NCBI RefSeq assembly: GCF_009914755.1
Contig: NC_060933.1
Reading direction: 5' to 3' (one strand)
Source of the DNA: the human T2T-CHM13v2.0 reference genome, Homo sapiens
DNA: 64,000 nucleotides
The notes beneath the pieces are model-generated. The model did no database searches, had not been told where the DNA came from, and saw nothing but the letters and a program-made list of their open reading frames with translations. The translations under genes and the position numbers were made by a program. This document shows, piece by piece, positions 54,651-64,000 of the stretch (positions are counted from its first letter, which is position 1; the number at the start of each line of letters is the position of its first letter).

Positions 54651-57600
54651 GGATGTATGATAAATTAAGCCTCTGTAATGCAGAATTTATGGTAGCTCTC
54701 CTTAAAAACTCTGTGGCTAGTTACAGTAAATGAGCCTATAGATAATCAAATTTCCATCTTTTTAGACATATTCTATAATGCAGATTTTTACTAATCAAGA
54801 CTGTCCTTCCTTTCAATGGGAATTAAACTAGCTTTGCTGTATGTCATGGCCCATGAAAAAGGAGTTTCACTGAAGATTATGCATTTAAGAAAACAAGAAA
54901 TGTCTGAGTCAGTGTTTCTTTTTGACCTCAGTCACCCTGATAAGGCTCTCCCTCCCAGCAAAATCAAACTAGAGCAGTGACATTCCCTTGATCCCCCTGG
55001 CTCTGCTCTAGTTCTAAGACATTCGCCGAGAACCCAGACACCAACTGAAGTGGCCAAACATGCAGTTCTCATGTGCCATTTAGCTCATTTTGAGGAAAGC
55101 AGCCCTCCTTGGCAGACATCCTTTTGGAACTCCGTTATTCTGAAAATTAAATGAACTAGCCAAATTGTTTTCCGTTCATCCCTGGCCTCTAGCACAATGC
55201 CTGGCTCATAGTAATAGCTTAATAAGTCTTCAATGGCTGAGAATGAATTAACAAATGATTTTTCCAGAACACACAACTATATATATAGTTGAGAGTTCTG
55301 GAAAGAGAATTCTAAATTTAGCAAGGAGGGTAAAATCTTCGAAATTACAAAAGTATTCCCAGATAAGGAAGTACTTTCTTCTCAAAGGAAGACTCCCAGC
55401 TAAAACCCCAAGGGCAGTGATTTACTGAAAATCTAAACTGTGAGTATTACCATGATTTAGAGGAGAGTTATGTTTCTATATCCCCCTATAGATTATTCAC
55501 TCTATTCTTAGTAGAGTATGTAGCTAACAGTAGCCAGGATCTTTACTAGTTTACACATTTAGCTTTGAAATAATGCCCATTCTTTTCAATGCTTCTTATT
55601 TAGCAATATCTTTAACACATATTATTTTTAGTCTTTTTTGTAGTATTTAAGAGCCATTTTTAATCCCTTTGTTTATATATATATATGCACACATGTGTGC
55701 ACAGATACCTAATAATTCACTTTTTCTGCTAAATTATATGTGATCTATACATATTTAAGCTCTTTCTAATCATTTTATTTTATTGAGCCATATCATTACC
55801 TGCTTAATAATGAAAAATTAATATCCAAAACTTTAAAGAAGGAAAGTTTTATGTGAAAAAATTATTTTCTTTATTTCCAAAGGAAGTATTTTTCATTGTT
55901 TTGCAAGAAGAGCATATTTCCCTAAAGCCCTACATATTTGTTAAACCTTACCTACACGCAGCATATCAGAAATTCATCCACTCTCTAAAGTGTGGTTATA
56001 CCTGCTTAATCGCACATATTCAAACAATTTTAATTTAAAAATAAAACAATTTTTTAATGAAGAAGCAAAACATCTTTTCATAATTGAAGCGCAGTAGGCG
56101 CACAATCAGAATTTTAGTAAAACTAAAAACTGGTAATAAAAATTAAATAAAAGAAGACAGGAAATAATATAAGGTTCTAAAAATTGGTAAGAAAACCATG
56201 CCAAATTACCAGCTTTTTTATATATTGCGCTTATTATAGTGTAAGTGTTCTTTCCAGAAAAGTGAAGCAATACATTACATTACAAAGAATATAAGAAAAA
56301 GAAGAATGTGAAAGCATTTATGATCCAGGAAAAAACATTGTTAAAGTTGTGTAAGTACCCTTCTAATCTCTTATCTATGCACACACATACATACACATAA
56401 ATAAATGCATAGTTTCCCTTCCCAACATTTAGCTCATATGGAACATACTGTTTTGTAACCTGCCAGGCCTTTTTAAGCCCTGAAATTCAAACTCAAGCCC
56501 TTGAGGCAAACTCTTGAAAAAAGGGAGGAAAGGGCTTCAATAGAAATCTCATAAGAAAAAGCAAAGGAAGGAAAAATGGAGGGCACATGAGATCAAAGAA
56601 GACAGAGGATATGGAACTGAAAGGATATCACAAAGGAAGCAAAAGATAAAGACGGACTTTTTCAATTTAAACCCATTTTCTAATTTTCTTAATTGCATCA
56701 ACACTGCGCTATTGTGTGTTTTTAGAAATTCTACTCCTCAATTCAGTCTTCCTCTCCTCCTCTTCCTCCCCCCTTCTCTGTGACTGGGTAGTTCACAGCA
56801 CAGTGTAGAGATGCCAACTGCTGGAGCCAAATTCAATTCCAAATCCAAACATAAGCAACGTTTGTGAATCGAGATGCTTTGAGGTTCACCCAACTCCAAT
56901 TTTACCAATTCCCTCCAGGGAAATATTTCTCTTTGAAGCTTCTGTGTACCCAAGTGCATTCTGGGATGGAAGTTTGGGTTTCTGGTGTGGGGCAATTTAC
57001 GTATAGAATGAATACACTCTGCACCTAACCCTCTTATTACCTCCTGTGTTCCACAGTCTGTGACAATGTATAGTAAAATCAGCACATGAAGGCATGGCTG
57101 GAAATCATGCCCCTTTTTGTTCATATGCGTCTAACTTCAAATTTAAAAGGCAAATAAAGAATATTGAATTAGCCCAGATGTTGTAAAGTTGGTATCCATC
57201 TTAATTTCTTCAGAAATACTCTTGAACTTCCAAAAAAAAAAAAATTGGAAAGGGAAGAGCTTAAAATGAAATTCATTTTAAAATGGTAGTTCTAAAACTG
57301 TTAATTGTATCAAACATTGTCTTGCCAATAAACGTCACAGGCCACAAACTGAAACTACAACAAAAATATTTTCTTCCCAAAGAAAATAAGCTGATCAATT
57401 GTGTAAGTTGGAGCATGTTTTTAAATATATGGAACAGGTGGGGGTGCAGTTGAGCAAGTTAAAGGCAATCTACCTGGCCTGAAAGGCCTGAAAGCCCAAC
57501 TGGAAAAAGAAATAAGCTTGAGCTTAAAGCAAACCTGGAGTTTGAGGAGAGCTCAGAATTTTGTCTATGCGAAGAATTACATGCTAACAAACCCACCTGT

Positions 57601-58542
57601 CAAGGAGGCCAGCAGCATTCACTAGTGGTTACAATATCATTTTGAGGGACACACTGAATTGGAGGAGCAGTCTCTAAAACCCTCTAGGAACCTGAGCCCC
57701 TTCCTTTCCTGGCCTCCTAGGAGCTGCCTTCCTTCTCCTTCTTCATCACCAGGATAAAATAACTTGTGACCAAAACAAAAGAGAAGGCATTGACATTTTC
57801 AGTTGGGGTCTCGGATGACTCCATTCTCAATCCCTTGTACCATACATACCTCTGTCAATGTCTTCTCTCAGAATTCGGTGGAAGCTGAGAGTTTGTCACC
57901 TTGTTTAGCCCTTTGATACTCCTTCCAGTGTTTCTCGTGATGTCACACCCTTAGTGTATACTCAGGAAGTATGGCCTGCATTATCATATCCTTCTTAAAT
58001 TACTAAAAATAGATTTGGGGGTGAGCCTGCAGAATTATGTCTCCTGGGCCTCTGAATATCTTTTCTTTTATACTCAATTATTTTGCATTATCCCAGACAA
58101 TTTCATTTAGGTGTTTGATTAAAAAATAAATACCACTTGGTCGATCCACCATCATTATCTTTTCCAAAATGTATAAATACATAAAAAATAAATGCCTGTT
58201 CTTGGTAATGATCATGCTTTCCTCCCCTTGCAGGTCCTAACATTTGCTTGTCAATTTGGAATCTGCATCCTAATACATATTCCCATAGTACCCACATTTT
58301 CTTCTTAGTTATGATTCTCCCTGGGCCTCCCTAAAACAAATATGCTTTTGACACAATATATGTTTGTAAAGTGAGAGTATGCACAAAGAATTCCATATGT
58401 AAATGTATTGGGTAAATCAAAATGTACTTTTATGACAGAAGAATTAAGAATATTCACAACCTTAAGAACTATACTAAGCTTGCGCTAGTCACTGAGCCAT
58501 GAAAGGTGATAAAGAATCAGACATAGCTCCTTTGTCATCCTA

Positions 58543-58716
58543 AGCACACTATATATATATATATGTGTGTGTGTATATATATCTACATCACACTATATAT
58601 ATAGTATACTATATATGTAGCACATTATCTATATATATATATATACAGAGCACACTATCTATATATATAGCACACTATATATATACACACACACAGGCTT
58701 ACACACATACACACAT
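58543..58716. repeat. Compound (TA)n/(TG)n/(CA)n repeat with a recurring agcacactat unit
   Basis: Units at ~58543, 58587, 58619, 58649 and 58669. Confidence 0.85.
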
Positions 58717-60051
58717 ACTTTTTTTGTTTAAGGTCAATAAAATTGCATCTGTATCATCCTATCATCCTGTTACGAGTTAACCTTAGCATGGTTCCAAGTT
58801 TTACTTAAATTAGGCAAGAGTTCATGAGAGGACAGATGACAGGATTGTTGCTGGGTAGTAATTCAAAGCTATGAAGTAAGGTTGCTATTAGCCCACATGT
58901 GATGAATGACAATACAAGATGTGGCAGTTGGTCTTAGCCTCCCTATGAAATTCATAGTCTTCCCTTTGAAAACCAGTTGTGGCACAGAGGAAAGGGCACC
59001 AGCTCTAGGTAAATGGGTCTTGCCACTTTGTGGCCCAGCATATAAGGAGCTTAGAAGTGGCCACTCTGTCCCAATAAGTAAAAAGCTGAACAAACAGAAT
59101 AATCAACAATTCTTCTTATTCGTCAGAAAAGTGAGGTCACACAGCAAAATGCTGTTCCCCAAATTTGGAAGACAAGTAGGTAGATACAGGGAATCATAAC
59201 TTACCAAAGTAGAAACCCACAAGAAGAAATCTCCTTGGAAACTAGTGCCAGAGTAGGGAAACTTGAACTGTAATTAACAACTTGCAGGAGGCTCAGGACA
59301 ACTCAGAGGACAACTCTGAGAATTAAAAACTGTGGGGAGATTCAGTCAGAGGGACTGGCCTCCACACTTTTATGAGTGTTATCTCCAGGAGTTCAACCGG
59401 GTCCACATGGTAAAAATTGGAGAAAATCTTGCACTTCTGACAGGGGAAGAAGAAAGGCATCATTCTGAAATACGCCAGAACATTCTGTTCTTCTTAGCAA
59501 AGCGTGACCTTAGGACAAACTATATTTTATCAGAGCCTAAGCTACCTGCGGGAAGGGAAATACCCAACTTCAGCTCCCTGAAGCCTTTCTGTGCCACCTA
59601 AGGGGTGAGGGGTGCTAAAAAGCACTGGTGAAGTTCACCATTCAGGGCACCCATTCACCAAAACCCTGAGACTTGATCATAAGTCTATAGAGCACTATCC
59701 CCCCTCCTTTACACCTTACTACTACATTTTTAAAGGCCTATTTACTGTAGTTCCAAAAAAACAGAATTACCAGACCAGGAATTTTTTAAACTATAATTAA
59801 TATGCTAAGGGCTTTGATGGAAAAAGTAGACAAAATGCAAGAACAAATAAATAATGTAGGTAAAGGGATAGAAATCCTAAGAAAAAATTATAAAGAAATA
59901 CCAGAGATTTAAAAAATTTTAACAGAAATGAAGGATGCCTTGATGGCTCATTAGTCGACTACACATAGCTGATGAAAGAATTGCTAAGCTTCAGGATAGG
60001 ACAATAGAAACTTTAAAAATTAAAAAACAAAGAAAAAAATACTGAGAAAAG

Positions 60052-60352
60052 GGCCAGGCACAGTGGCTCATGCTTGTAATCTCAGCATTTTAGGGGTCTG
60101 AGGCAGGAAGATCACTTGAGCTCAGGACTTAAAGACCACTGGGCTATATAGTGACACCCTGTCTCTACAAAAAATGAAAAACAAAACAATCAGCTGGATG
60201 TGGTGGCATGAACCTGTAGCACCAGCTACTCAGGAGGCTGAGATGGGAGGATTGCTTGAGCCCAGGAGGTCAAGACTGCAGTGAGCTGTGATCATACCAC
60301 TGTACTCTAGCCTTGGTAACAGAGTGAGACTTTGTCTCTAAAATAAATAAAT
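60052..60352 (+). mobile_element. AluJ
   Basis: ggaggattgcttgagcccaggaggtcaagactgcagtgagctgtgatc; TSD aaatactga(g/a)aaaa. Confidence 0.9.
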
Positions 60353-60657
60353 AAATACTGAAAAAAAAGCAGAATAGAATATCCAAGAACTATGGGACAA
60401 CTACAAGATGTATAACATACACACAATGGGAATAACAAAAGGAAAGAGATAAAGGAATAGAAGCAACATTTAAAGCAACAATGACTGAGCATTTCCCCAA
60501 AATTGATGTCAGACATCAAACCACAGATCCAGGAAACCCAGAGAACACCAATCAGGATAAATGCTGAAAGCACTACACCTAAGAATAGCATATTCAAACT
60601 TCAGAAAATCAAAGAAAATAATGTGGAAAAAGTCAGAGGAAAAAACACTTAACCCTT

Positions 60658-61061
60658 TGCTGTGGTTTGAATGTGTCCCCTCCAAAATTCAGATGTTGAA
60701 ACTTAATAGCCAATGTGAGAGCAGTAAGAGGTGGGTGTCCATTAAGAGGTTGATCAGGCCATAAGTACTTCTCCCTCATGAATGGAACTAAGGCCTTTAT
60801 AAAAGAGGTTTCATATAGTATTCAGCCCTTTAGCCCTTCCATTTCTTCTACCATGTCAAGACACAGCATTTCCTCCTTCCAGAGGTTGTACGATCAAGGT
60901 GCCATCTTGGAAGCAGACAGTAGCCCTCATCAGACACCAAACCTGCCAGCAACTTGATCTTGGACTTCCCAGCCTCAAGAACTACGACAAATAAATGTCT
61001 GTTCTTTGTAAATTACCCAATGTATGGTATTTTGTTATAGCAACACAAGCAGACTAAGACA
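60658..61061 (+). mobile_element. MSTD/MLT1A-type solo LTR
   Basis: tgctgtggtttgaatgtgtcccc...agactaagaca. Confidence 0.85.
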
Positions 61062-62029
61062 CTAGTAGAGGAGCAAGAAAAAAATTATGTCTAATTTCTC
61101 AGAAACTGTGCAAGCAAGAAGAGTAAAGTGAAAAATGTTAAGTATTCAGAGAAAGAAAAAAAAACACCAGTCTAGAATTCCGTACCCTGAAAAATTATCC
61201 TTCAAAGGTGAAGTAGAAATAAAGACTTTTTCAGACAAATAAAAATTAAGAGATGTAGTGTTCAGGCCTGCCTTGCAAAATATTTTAAAAGAAATTTTTC
61301 AGAGAAGGAATATAATATAAATTAGAGGTTCAGATCTACATAAAAAAAGAAAGAGCATTGGAGAATAAATGAGTGAAGGTAAAATAAAATTATTCTTTTT
61401 CTTAATGGACCTAACAGATAAAAGTTTGTTCAAAATGATAATAACATCAATATATTCAATTACATATGCATATATATATGCTTACATATATGTGCTTATA
61501 TATAAGTGAAATGAATAATAGCAATGATACAAGAAATGGGAGGGAGAAATTATAAATATTTTATTATTTTAAGATACTTGCACTACCCATGAAGTGGTAT
61601 CATGTTATTGGAACGTGGACTTGGATTAGTTGCAAATGTGTATCGCAAACTCTAGGGTAACCATTTTAAAAAGTTTTTTTGAATGTATAATTATATGCTA
61701 AGAAAGGAAAGAAAGTTGAATAAAATAAAATGCTCAATAAAACCACAAAAAAGTGGAAAAGGTATGGAAGACAGATATAGGAACAAAGAACAAGAACAAC
61801 AAGTAGAAAAGAATAACAAATATGGTAGATATTAATCCAAGTAAATAAATAATTATCTTAAAAGTCAATGATCTAAATACAACTATTAAAAGACAGAGAT
61901 TGACCAAACCAAGACTCAAGTATATGTTGTCTTTAAAAAACCCACTTTAAATATAAAAACACATACAGATTAACAATAAAGGGACAGAGAAAGATATACT
62001 ATGCTAACACTAATCAAAAGAAATCAGGA

Positions 62030-62155
62030 GTCTGGGCACAATGTCTCACACCTGTAAACTCAGGACTTTGGGAGGCTAAGGCAGGAAGATAGCTTGAGCC
62101 TAAGAGTTTGAGACCAGCCTAGGGAACATAGCCAGACTCTATCTCTAAAAACAGA
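62030..62155 (+). mobile_element. FLAM monomer
   Basis: Left-monomer sequence; TSD aagaaa(tc/gt)aggagt. Confidence 0.8.
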
Positions 62156-62593
62156 AAGAAAGTAGGAGTAGCAATGCTAGTTTCTGACAGAGCATACTTC
62201 AAAAGAAGGAATGTTATGAGGAACAACGAGGGTGTTACATAATAACAAAGGGGTCAACATCCCAAGAAGATATAGCAATTGTTAATGTGTATGAACCTAA
62301 CAATAGAGTGTCAAAATATGTGAGAAAAAATTAAAAGAACTGCAAGGAGATATAGATGAATTCACTATTATAGTTGAAGACTTTACAACTTCTCTTTCAG
62401 ACAAAGAGGTAGACAGATCAGGTAAGAAGAAAATAAATAGGGACATAGTTGAACTAAACAGCACCATCAATCAACTGCATATAATTGACAACTATAGACT
62501 ACTTCATCCAACAATAGTAGATTACACATTATTCTCAAGCAAACATGTAGTATTCATCAAGATAGGACACATTCTGGGACACAAAAGAAAAAC

Positions 62594-62746
62594 ATTATTT
62601 TTTTTTTCCTTTCTAAAAAAAAATTTAGTAGAAATAAGGTCTCACTATGTTGGCCAGGATGATCTTAAACTCCTGGCCTCAAGTGATCCTCCTGCCTTGG
62701 CCTCCCACAATGCTGGGATTACAGACATGAGTCACCACACCTGACC
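62594..62746 (-). mobile_element. FLAM monomer
   Basis: ggtctcactatgttggccagg...ctcaagtgatcctcctgcc. Confidence 0.8.
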
Positions 62747-63200
62747 AACAAACTCTTGAAAATAATATACAATCTCTACCCTCAGATCACCGTGGAATTT
62801 AGTTGAATTTCTAGTTAGAAATCAATAACAGAAAGATAACTAGAAAATCCCAAAATACTAGAAAGTTACACAAAACACTCCTAAATAACACATGAATCAA
62901 AAAAGAAATCCCAACAGAAATTTTAAGATATTTTAACTAAATAAAATTAAAAATACAATTTATCAAAATTTGTGGGATTTAACAAAAGCAATGCTTAGAA
63001 AGAAATTTGCAGCACTGATTGCATTTATTAGAAAAGAAGAAATGTCTAAAATCAATTATCTAAGTTTCCACCTTAGGAAACTAAAAAAGAGAAGAGCAAA
63101 TTAAGTCCAAAATAAGAAGAGTAAAACAAATAATAAAAAGTTAGAGCAAATATCAATAAAATCAAAATGGAATATCAATACAAAAATCAACAAAACCATC

Positions 63201-63449
63201 TTTATTATTTATTATTATTGCTCACTGCAACCTCTGCCTCCTAGGTTCAAGCGATTCTTCTGCCTCAGCCTCCTGAGGAGCTGGGATTACAGGTGCCCAC
63301 CACCATGCCAGGCTAATTTTTGTATTTTTAGTAGAGATGGGGTTTCACCATGTTGTCCAGTCTGGTCTTGAACTCCTGACCTCAGGTGATCCACCCACCT
63401 CAACCTCCCAAAATGCTGGGATTACTGGCATGAGCCACCGCGCCCAACC
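63201..63449 (-). mobile_element. AluS lacking ~50 bp of the right-arm 3' end, no TSD
   Basis: (tta)n is joined directly to gctcactgcaacc. Confidence 0.85.
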
Positions 63450-63619
63450 CGACATTGAGGAAACTTAAATGCATACTGCTAAGTGAAAGAAGCCAGTCCA
63501 AAATGGCTCCATACTGTATGCTTCTAACTATATGACATTCTAGAAAAGGCAAAACTATGGAGATATTAAAAAGATCAGTGGTTGCCAGGTGTTTGGGGAA
63601 AAGGAAGGAGTAATAAATA

Positions 63620-63940
63620 CAGTAGTTTCTTCTTATCCCCAGGGGGTTACACTCCAAGAGTCCTAGTGGATGCCTGAAACTGAAGATAGTGCCAAACCCT
63701 ATATATTGTATACTATGTTTCTATGATAAAGTTTAATTTATAAGTTAGGCACAGTAAGAGATTAACAACAACAATAAAGTAGAAAAATTATAACAATATA
63801 CTGTAATAAAAGTTATGTGAATATAGCCTCTCTGTTCTCTATCAAAATACTTATTGTACCGTACTCACCTATTTTTGGACTGTGGTTGTCTGAGGGTAAC
63901 TGAGACCAGGGAAGGTGAAACCACAGATAAGAGGGACTAC
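63620..63940. mobile_element. Tigger3a-type DNA transposon
   Basis: ta|cagtagtttcttcttatcc...gataagagggactac terminal inverted repeats; gataaagtttaatttataagttaggcacagtaagag. Confidence 0.8.
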
Positions 63941-64000
63941 AAGGGATTTTTAGGATAGTGAAACTATTCTGTATGATACTATATTAACAGTGGATACGTG

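Larger units (their letters stand above)
59040..64000 (+). mobile_element. Long L1MC-type element (5' region, ORF1, ORF2 endonuclease, 3'UTR) with nested inserts; continues past the window
   Basis: A-rich ORF1 remnants at 59760-61330. Endonuclease motifs aatgtgtatgaacctaac (NVYEPN) and tcagatcac (SDH). L1MC1-like 3'UTR from ~63455. Confidence 0.85.

Noticed and set aside
56738-57124. 128-aa minus-strand ORF in unique sequence
   Set aside because: No recognisable domain, a low-complexity end, and a length compatible with chance.

Overview
This window is primate genomic DNA, human or great ape judging by the young AluY subfamilies and an LTR12C. It is AT-rich, dense in repeats and apparently non-coding (intergenic or deep intronic). 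I cannot support any host protein-coding exon, RNA gene or CRISPR array. The ORF-track products I can recognise are decayed L1 ORF1/ORF2 fragments or Alu/LTR read-throughs, and the rest look like chance ORFs. Main content: (1) a full-length decayed L1PB on the minus strand (~9641-16466); (2) an intact solo ERV9 LTR12C with a 4-bp TSD (34253-35803), inserted into a 31-bp minisatellite carrying kappaB-like sites; (3) two young AluY copies (Yd and Yh3 lineages); (4) many MaLR/ERV1 solo LTRs, old L1M, L2, MIR and DNA-transposon fossils, often nested; (5) a long L1MC-type element (59040 to the end) with a multi-kb internal gap at an Alu lacking TSDs. Several unique islands carry clustered transcription-factor motifs and are candidate enhancers. 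Subfamily names come from recalled consensus sequences and need RepeatMasker/Dfam confirmation. I see no convincing new biological system; the best leads are regulatory or structural.
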